Origin: Laetmonice hystrix
Taxonomy: Eukaryota
Direction of reading: 5' to 3'
DNA: 64,000 nt
Assembly: GCA_965235115.1 (NCBI GenBank)
Contig: OZ249436.1
Location: 42,286,001 to 42,350,000, forward strand
Below the pieces are notes generated by a model. The model saw only the letters and a program-made list of their open reading frames with translations. It was not told where the DNA came from and did no database searches. Positions 36,070 through 50,100 of this stretch are shown piece by piece (positions within the stretch are counted from its first letter, which is position 1; each line of letters starts with the position of its first letter). The position numbers were made by a program, and so were the translations under genes.

Positions 36070-39000
36070 TTAGTCCCAGCCACTGCGTCCTCCTCCTGAA
36101 AATGGCATCACCATAATTATAAGTTTCGTCTCTCATCATTATTCAGTCACAAGTTCCTCCTACTAGGTCTACTGAACTGTTTTATTCAGAGGACATGAAC
36201 GTTATTGAAAATACAAAATTTCTCTTAACCTCAGTAAATTAGCAAACTCTCCACCACCCACTACACTATGATAAATCTCCCAGATGAATTATAGCTACCT
36301 CTACCTCTTCCGCCGCCGAAGCCATAGCCACCGCCTCCACGACGACCATAGCCGCCACCGCCTCCGCCACGGCCTCCACGGCCACCTGAAATGGAATCAA
36401 ACACCATACATTTTCTTTTAGTAGTGAAACTAAAAATCATCCCTTCCATTTCAAACATACCATAAACAGCATTTTTTTTATATTTGTAGACTCCAACTTA
36501 GTGCAACTTTTAACCTCCTCGAGCAGTTTATCACATTGTAATGTGTATTAACAAGTTAGTAGAGTAGCCAGTCTGATGCTACTGGTGTTACCGTAACACA
36601 CCAGGTGGCAGCACTCTACATGACGTCTACATCAGCAAAGTATATCGGGTTCATTTTTCATATTAAAAAATGTATTTACCTCTGAATCCACCGCGTCCAC
36701 CGCCGCCGCCACCACCACGTCCTCCCTCTGTGGCGTAGTCTACCGTCAGTGAGCGGCCATCCAGTTCATAACCTTGCATTTGGTCATAGCAACTCTGTGC
36801 ATCCTCCATGCTCTCAAATTCCACAAATCCGAACCTAAAGGTCAGATCAAAATAAAAAATACCTGTGAAACTATTATCAGTACATTATATTCGTGTTTAC
36901 AATGATTGATGCCGTTATCAGCTATTGTGAGAACTGCTCAAATAAACTACACTGTACTTACCCTCTGGGTTTGCCAGTATCTGGAAATACTGCAATACGG
37001 GCCTCAACAGATCCTTCGAACACGTCCAGGAGTCCCTCTTTGGTTGTATCAAACGACAGGTTCTTAACAAAGAGTACCTTCGATCGCTGATGTTCTGAAA
37101 TATGTCAGATACCACAGTAAGCATCAGCATTACTGATTTTATATGTGCTGTGTTCCCTCTTAATGATCATTTTCTTTAGCTTCTTTGGCTAAGCAGGAAC
37201 TTAAATCCTCAGAATTTCTGTAAGACAGCGGGGAACAGGGTTGGGGGAAATCTAGATTTTTTTTACAATTTAAAATTCTTTTTTAATTATTCAATCAGAT
37301 ATTTTAAATTTAAATAAGATTTTTTTTAACCAAAATGTTAATGATTTTATAAGGTTTTAATTTAAAGGAATACCCAAAAATGCACCTTTTAGGGAATTAA
37401 ATTGAAAGTAAATGTATAGTTAATTTATTATGAAAAACAATGTCATTGTACATGTATTTGCCATATGGCTAAAAAGCTTCTTTTTTATTAAATAAAAAAA
37501 ATTCCTTATTTTTAAATCGTCCAACCCTGGCTGGGAAGGCTTCAAAAAACAAGATACGAGAATTTGAAACAACTGTTCCTACAACCTATTTTAAAATTTT
37601 AAACATACACCAATAAGAAAGTCTCAATATAGATATAACCACAACCAGAAATCTTTGCTAATTTTATTAAGATTTTTTAACGTTTACAAACTTAAGGCCT
37701 TTATGGGTCAATGCATAACCTAAGCTGTACCGGTAATTAGAATTTAACAGAACTTTGTTAAATTTCTTACCCTCTCCATATGACCGGCCTCCTCCACCAC
37801 CGCCTGATCGGTTCTTGCTCTTGCTGCCTACATAGTCGAGGATCACACTCCGCCCGAAAAGCTCAGCCCCCTGCATCTGTTGCATTGCAGTCTCCACCTC
37901 CTCCTCGGATCCAAACTGCAAGAATGCAAAACTGCCGCCAATGCAGACCAACAATTAGATTAGCCTGCTTCGAATATCAAGTGTACCTGTATCTCACTAA
38001 AAGCAGTTTTCCTCATCCTTTACATACAGGTAAAGTTTGGATTTAAATCTGATCCCAATATCTGCCTATATGCAATGCTACACCTCCCTAAAATTCCACT
38101 TTGGAGCATGATTTACAAAACTTGCATGACGATTTCAATGGATATTTACATTATGACTTTAATTCATAAAATATAATAAAGATAATCTAAAAGCAAAACT
38201 GGTTTTGTTATCGATTTATTGCTTGTGAGAAATACTTTGTTTTAGTTATCTGATGATACAATTGTTAATTGTTAATACAAAAATTGATGTTATCCTTTGG
38301 ATACTACTAGTATTTATTACTACCGCGCGCTCTTGTGGATAGACTGGAAATCATACGTGTGGCGCCACTGTGATGAATCACAGAGTTCGCATTCAGTGCG
38401 GACCTGTCATCATGGTTTTCGTAATGGCGGTGCTGACAGCAGTTTAACATCGCAAACAGTGAGGATTCGCTGAGGATATCTTTTCTTATGTAATAATTTG
38501 GGTATTTTCATTATTACAATGATAAAGAAGGGGATGTTTTCTTTGTTCACCAGCGGAATTGCGAAGAAATGACGACTCATTAAGTTATTATGGACACTAA
38601 TTCGGAAGGGATCCGCTTCGCTTTGCTGTAAACGTTTCATTCCTTGTCTTTTTATTAGTATACAGAGAGTGAGACCCGACCCGAACGGACGTGGCTCCTG
38701 TGGTAGCACCAAGACTAGTTAAGTTACTGCACAGGCTGCGTTGTGCCACTACAAGGTGAAGAATTGTGCAACTGGAGTTGAGTGAAAAAGATAACAACAT
38801 GCCGACCTGCCAAATACATTATGGTAGTAGTATCATCAGACAGCGATTGCAGGAAAAATATTGCTCGTCTATTTATTTTAGGCTGATTTCATAGTGCTAA
38901 TGTTACATGGACGGAAAGCAAAAAATTAGCCAGTATTAATATTTATTTTGTGTACTCTTTAAATTTTCAATGACGGATGGTTTTGCACCTATTTTGTGAA

Positions 39001-40931
39001 TCTAATAGATAAAAAATCAAAAGGTGTTTGTTATTATTTATTTTTAAAAATTATTACCTTAGGTAATATTGGAGGCAAAGAGGACGGAAATATACTCCCG
39101 GTCAATTTCCAACCCATTATTGTCACCAGCTTTATAGAAAAGAAGGAAACCAAAAGTGTCAAGCTATCAGTGACTTAAATTACTCAAGAGAAATAGCCCT
39201 AATAAAACTACATTGCATCTGTGCAAAATGTATATTTCATAGGTAAAAGCATTTTTATTCACCACTGTCACAATTTTGAAAATTCTCCGTCCTCCTTTCC
39301 TGGCATAACGCTAGCATTCAGTCACTTGGCATTCAGCCTGTGTGTATGACCAACTCCCGATGGTACCGGCAGATGGCGATCATAGTACAAATATAATTTA
39401 CATATGCTGCAGATGAATGTTTCTTGTGACCACCAGAAAGCGTTCAAAGGTCAACATTCAAGTCGGTTTTTATTTTGCTAACGTTACGGAATGTTTGTCC
39501 GTCCAATCTGACCGTAACGTTAGCATATGGAAAATTACCAGATTTGTCATACAATGCACGACTTCCCAGTACGCAACGCAACTTAACATGGCAGCAATGT
39601 CGGAAAAGGGTTGGCACAGAGATGGGACAGAGCGTGATAAAGTATACAACACCTTGAAAAATAATGTTGAATTTGTCTGTCCTTTGAATATAACGTTAGC
39701 AAATAGTTTTTGGGCTTTTTCGTCTTTTGGCATAATCTAATCGGAATTCTTGACTGTTTATCAGACTTAGAATTCATTATCATACAATTTAATGTTCAAT
39801 CAAAATGCACAAGGTAGCAAATCTTCGAAAAATAATTTTTGAATTTTATACTTGGATGGGACATAAAACTGGATTTTCCGTCCAATGTAACATTAGCAAT
39901 ATGAAACCTGCCTTTAGACAAATTGCCAGCAGGGCAACTTGAATGGTCAGACAAGGTTGCCAGTCAGAGGTTTAACTCAACATGGTCAAGTTAATTTTCA
40001 TGAGTAGCCTATGCTATAAATTTATAGGTGAGCAAGTGAGGACACTTTGACCAAACACTTTGATCCTAGGAGTCCCTACACCATCAGCTGATAAAACTAC
40101 AGATTGCTATCTGCCCATGTCAAGGTGTCCCAAGAAGCTCAAATGACTTAAGCTACAGACTTGTGGCATCTATTACTGTTCATTTTTCACACCAGTATCC
40201 TTATTTTAAGACAAGACTTTCACAAATCTTACAGGATGCCACCACTTGTGTAAACCTTGTGTGTTTGTGTGTGGTAACTGTAGGCATTTGAATAAACCCA
40301 AAAAATCTTTCATATCAAATTGTGCAATTTACCGTATGTTTCAGAATCACAACACAATTTCATAGACACCAAGGTCTTCACATTTATCAGCGTTGCCACT
40401 CCCACTTGGAAGCGGACTGTGATGATTATGTAAGGTTACACTGTGGAGTTCGTTCCAGCTCCGGCAATGTTTAGACCGAGGCACAGCTTCCCAAGCAAGG
40501 TCAAATCCTTCTGGGACTGCGCTAGGGGGCTTCAAGTTGCCCAGAGATGTTCTCTGGTCCAGCAAACATAACATAGGTGGCGCAGCATGACAGAAAGTCA
40601 AAAGATGGAGTCATGGCGCCACAAATTGGTAAAGAGAAAATGTATAAATAAAGCAACATTAATTATTGGTGTATATTTTTTGTTATTTAACAGGGCCAGT
40701 GGACCCAAGAGCTGGACCAGTAAATATTTGCACAACCCTGATAGAAACAAGTAAATGTTTTCCTTCTTAGCTAACTTGATTAAAAGAGAGAGAGCACTCA
40801 CCCCTTGATGCCTCCATCCTCACGAACAGGCATGCGCACACCATTGCAGCCAGGGAAAAAGTCACGCACTGCATCTTCTGTCACATCATAGGACAGGTTC
40901 TTGACGAAGAGCGTCGTGCTGTCATCTTGGC
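36070..40931 (-). CDS. Nucleolin-like RNA-binding protein (2 RRM + RGG/GAR tail); 5' start not resolved
   Basis: Exons 40802-40931, 37771-37931, 36962-37094, 36680-36834, ~36305-36385 and 36070-36095 splice in frame. RNP2 TLFVKNLSYD / VLFVKNLSFDTT, RNP1 KGFAFLQF / RGFGFVEF, RGG repeats, end GGGRSGWD*. A possible upstream 28-nt exon lies near 41723-41750. Confidence 0.85.
38895..39899. mobile_element. TIR-bounded non-autonomous element in an intron of the nucleolin-like gene
   Basis: TGCTAATGTTACATGGACGGAAA ... TTTCCGTCCAATGTAACATTAGCA; TSD unclear. Confidence 0.65.
40340..40625. ncRNA. Candidate structured intronic RNA of uncertain identity (RNase P S-domain-like on the minus strand, or H/ACA-like)
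   Basis: GC-rich island with several stems found by eye; see findings. No P4 (CR-I/CR-V) motifs found. Confidence 0.25.
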
Positions 40932-43900
40932 CTGGGAAACCAGAAAGGATTAAGCATTTGTCATGAAAACATCATATCACTGCCAATCAAATTGAATCAA
41001 TGACAGATCTGGATACATTTTGTTTACTATGGCTGGCTTTTTCACTTCAACATAGCAAGCTGAGCCACTGCACCGTAGGGTTGAAACGATTCATCAATAT
41101 ATCAAGCACGATATTTTATAGATCTTAGCGTTGAACTTTTATCGGTGACACCTGAGCAAACTGTGCGCAAGTCAAGTGACACCAGGAAATCTCCCCATCG
41201 GTTCCTAGTCCCAGTTCAAATGGGCAGACGATGCACGACTGACGAATTCATGTTAATATGTCCAGGTTTTTTTTCTCAGCTAAAAGGCACATATTACCTA
41301 CAATATCGTCTCTGCTTGATGTTGAAAGTATTTGGTAGTATAGGAAAATTGTCAACATTGGGATATCATATTGTTTTAAAACAGTTGAAGTGTTCTTTCA
41401 GTTAAACATACAGAGCTTATCTTTGTAATACATAAGACAAAACTGACATGTAATGCACATAAACTCATGCCTTTGGTGATAGAATCTGTCTTTTTCTATT
41501 CGAAAACCAAGGGATTTAATTTTCCCCTGCAGGGTTATACTCAACTTAGTATCCAAAATTTGTCCAAAAATGAACTGACCCTAAAAATGACAAGACTTTT
41601 TATTCTCAAAATCTAGAGCTCTTCTTGTTTCGAAAGGGTATAATGATGTGCATCTGGCCTCCATGTATTTAAAAGTATGGTATTGTATTTCATATTATCT
41701 AATGCTGAAGCTCACTTTTTACCTTTTTTGTTACCTTTCCCCTCCAAGCTCTACTACAATATAAATTAGCAGATTATGAGGTGACAAAGGTCTCAGCAAA
41801 CACTTCAGGAGCGAGTAGTTAGTGTTTAACACCCTCCAGCCTAATAAGGCCTGAATAACACTGACCCTAGTATAAAGTAAAATATATGGGCATTCTGTTG
41901 ACTAGGAAGACCATTCTTTTCATGGAATACATTTCCAACCAATAGATCAGCGGCAGCCTGTCAACTTCTGACTGGTCTATTTACGACCGGTCAATTTGGA
42001 CATCGCCGCATCCCTTGACTGAGTGTCGTCCCAGTTGCGAGGCCTATCACAGAGGCAACTGCCACCCCAGCCCGAGCCCCAGGGTAGACCGGGAGATTGC
42101 AGGTGAAACCCACTCGGCACCTCTCAATGCTGGATTGTCAACAGCAAAAAATATCACCCATGGAGGCCCACTCGACCCCCTCCTGTCTACATAGATAATG
42201 TGAATACGACAGATGTATTTCCTTGTAATAAAAATATGAGTTAGAACTACGTTACTTCTGTTGGGTGATCGCTATTTGGCTTGCTCGACGTGCATCTTGT
42301 TTGTCTGCATCATCAATAACTGCATAGAAAGTCACGTGAGTGAATTCCCTTCAAATCCAAATCCAATCATAGCACGTTTTTTCTTTCGATTGATCGCGAT
42401 TTTCTGTTGTACTGCAGGTAACACACAGGTATTGTGCCCATTGGACACTGCAAATATTCATACAGGTATTTGGTAACATGGGAGTAATATTCGAAAATCG
42501 CTAAAATTTTCCTACATTCCAGGCTCTCAGAACTAATCCGACAGGTGGCGCTGTCAGCAACTACGCCATGCAGTAGGCCTGGCTAGGCTTGGCTCAGCCT
42601 GGCTGGAGGCTCGGCTGAACCACACGTTAGCTTATCACAGATTGTGAGCATAGTAGCAACCATTAACAGAAGAAGCATCATGACATCGAGACATAGAAGA
42701 TTGTCCTAAGTCTGAATAGACGAACTGGAGGTCTTTTAGCAGCCTAGACGTCTAGGCTATATTGCGGCACAATCAAATCACGTGATCAAAACATTGTCCC
42801 GGCTCACTGCCGATAATACCTTATGGGCGTAGACTAAAGATAATAGACAAGTCTTCAGTTCTGTACGAGGGGTATTTCATGAAATATCACATTTCAGATA
42901 CCTACGCCACGTTAGGTGTTCATTTGCATGTTATTCCAATAGTTACAAAAGTTGAAGTGACAGCTGGAACTCCGCCATTTTGAATGTCACGCTAGTCTAG
43001 GCTGCCAGTCGCTGATTGGTTCTGACAATAGGTCTAGCCTCGAACCGGTAACATTGATACAAATAATGGTTTTTAAAATTTTTGTCATCTTTTAAATTAG
43101 GTATCTTTTGATGTCGAAAACAAAAGAGACATATGTCTGCACTTTTCACGATGTCTGAATATTACAAACGACCCGAAAGAAGTGTAATCGTGGCTTGATG
43201 GTAGCCACCCTATCCTTTACAATAGCAACCTCGTTTTTGGATAGCTTAGTTGGTGGAAGCGCCACCTTCCGAGTGTTTTGGCGTATAGTACCCCATTAGA
43301 TAGCTAGAGTAGATTCTAGCCTAGATGTGGTTACATCGTTCTCTAACACAAGAAGGAGGTGCACATGCCCTATAGAAAAAACGCCAAGAAAAACCTATAA
43401 TTTTCCATGCTGATTTCAAAGTTATGTGTATGTGTCTACTAAAGTTAAATAATAAAGAATACTGTACTTTTGCTACAGAAGATGCGACTCCTCTCAAAAA
43501 AGTCCAAAACATTGTATCTAGATGTTATGGCAATTACTTGTGCATTCAGAGTGTTAGGAATCTGTGCACTTCCTTTATTTGATGCGTTTTAATTTTATTA
43601 CTATGGAGCTGGTGTTGACCTATGAATGCAGTGTAGTAGGTCGATATAGGTCTGAGAAAATTTACCCATCTGACCAAATGGCACCATGGTAGAGATAGGC
43701 AGATCCACTAGGGGCACTGCAATGCTGCTGTCCGCCTTTTTGTCAGTGGCAGTCTGTGACAGCTGTTTGGCGTAAAATTTGAAATGACAAATAAATAGAA
43801 TTTAGCCTATATGTTTGTTTACATATCCTCCAATACTTGGTCATTGTGTCTATCACTCAGTATCAGTCAACTCCTCGGAAATGATCATGTGACTTTTACT

Positions 43901-44860
43901 AGAACTCAGAAGATAAAGCACAGCTGCGCCAGCTGAGAGCTCATTTTTCCTTATTGTGCATCTTCAAGGGCGAATATTAAAGGGAAGGCTTCAAGCAGTG
44001 CAATAATTGAATAAAACTCAGTTGCAGCTTAAAGATAATGTATTCCATATCATTTTGACACTAATTTTGTCAAAATTGATGCTTGCTGAGCTGAGCTACA
44101 GTCCCCGGAAAATTGTATGCAACTTTGGAGCCCCAAAATCTAGTGATTAATTAATATAGGCCTAGGTAAGATGTGTGTCACAGTTTTTATTATTGAAGCA
44201 ATGGGACAAATTAACAAACTTGAAATGGCTCTAACTTTTGAACCGTTATGGCTATCAGCAAAATTATTCAAAAAGCACTTTTCATCTCTCTCGGTCCTCT
44301 TTCCATGAAGACGCACTGCAGAAGCCATGCACAATGTCCATGCTCTTAGTATTTTAGGGTAGGATGAAAACCATGTGGATTAGTAATACCCAGGCAGGGC
44401 GGTGACTGATACAGTGGCGTGGGCAGAGGGGGCTACAGAGTTCGCGCCTAACCCGTCTGATATACCAATCTACACAATGAAATTGGGAGTGACGCAAAAA
44501 ATGAAGAAGTTGGTGCGTCCCTTGTACGCATCGAATTAACATAGACAGCGCCAGGGCTTTTCGCTTGGCCTGGCCGTTGTGGCAGCCAGGGCGGGCGGGG
44601 TTGTCCTGGCAGTCGGCAAGGTTGGGTGGGGATGTCCCGGCAGTCGAGCAGGAGGGGAGAATTTCTATGATGCATACCGTCATAGTTAAAAAGATTGCGA
44701 TAGGATCAGGTAATCTCAAAAAATGCTACCTTTGACAGAAAGGCCTGCCTACTTTTGAAACGGGCGACTTAAACTAAAGTGGAATCCTGCACTTGAATAT
44801 TTTGGTGAAACCACTCCCAGAAAATTGATTTTCTCAAAAAGACTGTATCCACCATAACAA

Positions 44861-45278
44861 CAGGGGTGGAAATTAACGCTCGCCCGTGGCGAGTTAAACC
44901 TCTGCTGGGCGACCTTGTCTGACCATTCAGGTCGCCCTGCTGGCGATTTGTCTAAAATTAATGGGTGAGTGATTTTTTTCCTGCAATCGCCTGCCCCCAC
45001 AATAGCAGTCATGATACTACCGGGCAGAGAACTTAGAATGTTCAGTAGGTTCTAAATTCTCCAGTTGCCCAATTCCAGACCTTCTAAAGCCACAAGGTAG
45101 CATCTTCAAATGTACAGATTTCTGTGGGTTGAGTGGCTGGGCAGTGGTCACATGGAGGGCGAGTAACCCTTCACCTGAACTCGCCTTGCTGGCTAGTTCA
45201 TTTACAGCAGGGCTGGTTAAATTTCTACTTAACTAGCCCTGCTGGCGAGGAGGTAATTTTCCCTAATTTCCACCCCTG
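44861..45278. mobile_element. CAGGGG-terminated MITE with a 6-bp TSD (TAACAA)
   Basis: taacaa|CAGGGGTGGAAATTA ... TAATTTCCACCCCTG|taacaa. Confidence 0.8.
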
Positions 45279-47194
45279 TAACAATGTTTGGTTCAGTTTA
45301 TTTTGAGACCCCATCTTTTCAACTGGGACCCCATTTTTCTAAACACATGGGGTCCTGGGACCCTACTTCTCAATGGCTGCCCCCCTCCCAATATTTCTTT
45401 CCTTCCTACACCACTGTGATGATAGTGACGCAGTGTATGGCCTAATCATTGTATGATTGGATATCAATCCCCTATTTCGCTTAGTTCTTGGTCAAGTTAG
45501 TATAAGCCTAATCATAAATCAAATGTCCCTGAGCGCCTAGTGTATCACCTTGACTTACTATAACTATACTGTAAAACATTGATGTACCTAGAACAGAGAG
45601 CGCCTCCCTTCTTGCGTTTGCAATATAGGTCAACGGGCAAGATGGCTAACACTAAACGCCTAACGTTACGACCGGGGACTGTTACGTCGGAACAAGCCGT
45701 TCTTTTCCTCCAGAAATTGGGATAAGGATTCGTACTGTGAAAGATCTTGGCTCAAAATAATATAATAGAAATAATTCTTCATTCACAAAACCCTTGCTTC
45801 CCTTTCAATAATGGTTCAAATGTGAATGTGATCATGATTTAAGCCGGACTCTTTGTGAGAAATCCCGCGGCTTCGCCTCGCTGATGAACTGGCGTCGGGA
45901 ATGTTGCCACATGATTCGCCACGCTGAGAGTCAGGGGCTACCAAAAGTAACATATCAAGCAATCTAGCTCGATATCGGTACCAAATTTAAGTCATATAGG
46001 ACCATGAAGTTTCAATGATCACAACATAAGGTTTTGACTAAGATTTTCACCAACCTGAATTCATTGTAAAGGCATCAAATATCGGACGACCTTGTTCCGG
46101 GGGTCGAAAATCTGAAAAGGAAAGCACATGCACGCTGCATCCGGTTTCTCGCCGGTTCACAGCGCCACCTACAATGAAAAGTTGACCTACTTTCATAATA
46201 ACACGCCATCTGGTGGGAAATTCTTTAGCATGGTTATCCAGGGAGCGCGAACCTGTGAAACCCCCAGAGCACAGAATAGGTAGATACTCTGTGCCCAGAG
46301 GCGGAGGGAGGGGGAGGGGGAGGGGGAGGGGGAGTGGTTCGCCCCCTTGGAACCCTCACCTCCTTGGCTACTAAGTTTCTTTTTTCTCATAGAAAATACT
46401 GAATTGACCATCCTGCCCCCTCCCTTTAGCTTAGCCTTAGCCTCCCTCTGCTACGGACCCCCTCCCCCCCCCCAGGATTGATTTGATGTCTCAGTGGGCC
46501 TATCTATTCATTATGACCGTAGAATAGGCCTAGACTTCCCTAGCTAGCCCTAGCGGCCTACTAACGTTAGTAGTCCTACTATTAATTTTCTTTCATCCAG
46601 TTTCACTCATTCCGGTCGATTTAGTAGCTCGGCTATGGCGTGGAATCGCGCTAAACCTACGAATAAAATCTATCTTGTGTATGCCGCGATACTATCACTA
46701 TGTATATATTTAGTACAAGACTAACTTCCCCCTTATCTGTCTCCCATATTCATTCTTGAGTTCATGGACATGTGTTCCTTGGTAAACCAAATCTTACACT
46801 GGTTCCCAAAGCTACCACTACGCTACAGTGGCGCTGCGCTGGGGACCAGTCTAACCAAATCTCCCCCAAGTGGTTTAATGACGATAGATGGCGCGGTTTG
46901 CAATAGACTCAACTGCCACCTTGCGGTGTCTCTAAGCCAGGTCATCCAGTGACGTCACAAACAACTCGCTATCGGATTGGGTTATTCCTCCCTCGTGATC
47001 CGGCACACCTCCACTCGATGGATCGCCTCAAGGTCAGCCCTCCATGTACTGATGTGTAGCGAGCGCTGGATCGTAATTTAGGGCGTAATGCAAGGCTCAT
47101 AAGACTCACGGAAGAAGAATCGCCCCGGATTATAATAAGTGATATCTAGTGATACAATAGTCACAGTTTTTGGGTTAACTTTTAACGTTTCACT

Positions 47195-50100
47195 ATGTTA
47201 CGGGCGGTTGCGAAGGGCGTCGGAAGGGCAGTGTCCTCATCGGTCTCAAAAAATGGCTTCGGACCGCCTGTCACCAGCGTCCTTGCCCAGCGTTGTGGAC
47301 AATATTCTACTGCTGCTGAAACAGAGGAAGATCCTAACTTCTTCACGATGATTGAAATGTTTTTTGATAAAGCAGCCGCTCTCGTAGAGGACAAACTTGT
47401 TGAAGATATGGTATTGCCCAGGACAAGCCTTGACGACAAACGCAAAAGAGTTCGGGGCATTTTGAAAATGATCAAGCCATGCAATCACGTACTGGCCGTC
47501 ACTTTTCCCATAAGACGAGATAATGGTGAATTTGAAATCATACAAGCTTGGAGAGCACAACATAGTCAACACAGAACACCATGCAAGGGTGGTAAGTGTC
47601 ATTCATCAGTTTTTAGCAAAACTATAACTAGGCCTAGATCTAGATCTAGCTAAGTCAACATTACAATTAGTAGGCCTAAACATCAACTTTAATCTTTACG
47701 ATGGACAAGTTGAAGTTGCTGTAGATAGTCGATCTACATCTGCACTGAGTGGCCGCAGCGGTGGTTATCCGAAGTTACTCTACTTAGAGATCTACTTATT
47801 TCGCCGGAATGCCGGCAAAATAAGTAAACGAGTTTGGATAGGCTAATTTATTAATTACCGACACGAAAAATAGATGTTTGGGTTATGGCGGGCTCAAACA
47901 GAGCGATGCAGCGTGATTCCTTGCAACGGCAACAGTTGCAGTGAATCGCAAGTTGCACACGACTGAAAGACGGGGGAGCGCACACAGAGCAACGCGATCG
48001 CTAGCGCTACAGCGACCCTATTACGTCACAATTAACTTGTGACATTGTAATCGTCTCAAGAACAATAAATGATTGTCTCTTATTGGTTATTACCGCTAGC
48101 AACGGTCCAGTCGCGTTGGTAGCCCGCTCAGACAAAGCAACCAGTTGCGACCAGTCGCCAAATATTAAACATGTTTAATGTCTTGCGACGCAACTGGCCA
48201 GAATTGCGTTGCAAGGTAGCTCAGACAGGCCGACGCGACGATGGAGTTGCGTCGCAAGCAGTCGCGTCGTACTGTCTGAGCCTGCCATTATAGATGTTAT
48301 ATGACCCATTCATATGGCGGCAAAATAACCACTGCTGACTTATCTTTTTGGGTCCATCTTTTTTACTTTATAGCTAGGCCTATGGAAATTTTTGTATGAC
48401 GAGAATAAAATGCATCTGAAAGTAAACAGTGACTCAGACTCAGTGCCTCCCCTATTCTCGTTTCCGATAACCTGGGCATTTCTAGGTGGCGCTGCTATCG
48501 TCCCTGGCCAGAGCCGGTGCAAACAAAAGCCTAGCAACGCAACAGAACTAAATATGTGAGGGGCCATGTACCAAAACCAGGCAGGGGCCCGTTGCATAAA
48601 AAAAACCCTGCCTGCTCCGTTAAAATGCCCAGTTAAAATAGCGGGGACCTTTTAAGTTTTAGGTGCCCCTTAACTGACCGTTAGCGGAGGATTTAACGGG
48701 CGGGGATTTTTTATCTAACGCACCCCAGAAGTCGGCAAAAAGTGATGTGTGTTTCATTGACTAATCAAAACGTACAGGTCACAAGCTTCAAAATGACACC
48801 ACAATGAATGTGATGTGTCAAATATATCGGATTTTGCGAGCGGCAGACATGTTGGGCATTCTCTCAATCTAATATAAATTATCTAAGGCCTGTAACAAGG
48901 TATCACATTAACATGTAACAAATACTTCACAAATAGAGTCTAAGTGATATGGGCCATTTTCAGGAAAATGTACAAGTCACGGTAAAGACATTTTTCCAAT
49001 TAAGGGTCACTTTTGGCAATATACTGCTGTAGTTGACATTAAATAACTTAAACCTTTGAAATTTCTTTGACATTTTGAATTGTTTTTGCCTTTTTTTACA
49101 TAAACCTTCACTCCGCTGGTGCAAGTAAAATAATTTAAAGCACAGAATGTCCACTACCGTTACCCTGGGTAAAATTTATTTTTTTAATAATAACGTCAAA
49201 ACCTGCCAATCTTTGTAGTGGAGTAGACCAATTATGTAAATAAACAATCAAAATCTATCATTCTATTAGGATTTGTATATAATTATAGCTTTAATGCATT
49301 TTAAAATCGGGGGGAAAGTAGTGATTTTCACTGCTTGTCTTTACCGTTACCCAGAACTAAAATGTGCATATTCTATTTAGTTTCGCAGTTGCCTCTAGGT
49401 GGCACTGTTCCTTTCAGGAAAGGGCCAGGATGTGATGGCCATTTTTGAATTTGTTCATGAGGGACTTTTTTAGGAGCCACGATAAGAACAGTTTCAGGCA
49501 AATGTCACACAAATTAGGTGTCTTTACCGTTCCAACCAGAAGTTAGCCTAACATTCAGGGAATCTCAATCTTGAAACAGTTCTAAAGTGTCAAGATGACT
49601 GTTAAACAAATTGGAAAGATAAAGTTGTACCTTCTTGCATGAACACCATGCTTGTTTTAAGGTAAAATGTGTCTTTACCGTTACCCTAGCAACGTGAATC
49701 TGCTACCAGTGAGCAGGGGACCGATTTTGACGTTACAACCAGTAATGCATGCTGGCTTTAGACCGTCGATTTGGCCCCTGGACGATCATGTCCCCAAATA
49801 AACCTAATGTACCTTACCTCAAATCTAATCTAATTGTAACATAATAAGCATGGATAGAATCCACACAGAATTTCCAATCTATTCATGGTACTTTTATGGT
49901 AATTTATTTAGTTTAAGATGAGGTTACAGCGAGTTAAACGCAGTGGTTCTCTCAGACTCAAGCGCGGTGACCGCAGTCGCGGAACCCACACATGGACCCC
50001 TCAGAGCAAAAGTACTGTGTGCCTCTTCATGTTTGCCGGGTAGTTCCGCAGCTAGGATCTTAATGATTTAAATATAGCCAATCAGAGGACAGTATGAGCT

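Noticed and set aside
38455..38475. Short match (CGAATCCTCACTG, minus strand) to remembered U12 snRNA
   Set aside because: The rest of U12, including its 5' end and Sm site, is absent.
40340..40625. Telomerase RNA or U17/snR30 identity for the structured segment
   Set aside because: No TAACCCTAA-type template nearby, and the U17 motifs AUAUUCCUA and AAACCAU are absent.
42255..42985. Candidate first exons of the nucleolin-like gene (42.25-42.32 kb and the AAAATGGCG motif near 42975)
   Set aside because: Could not be joined in frame to downstream exons; left unresolved.
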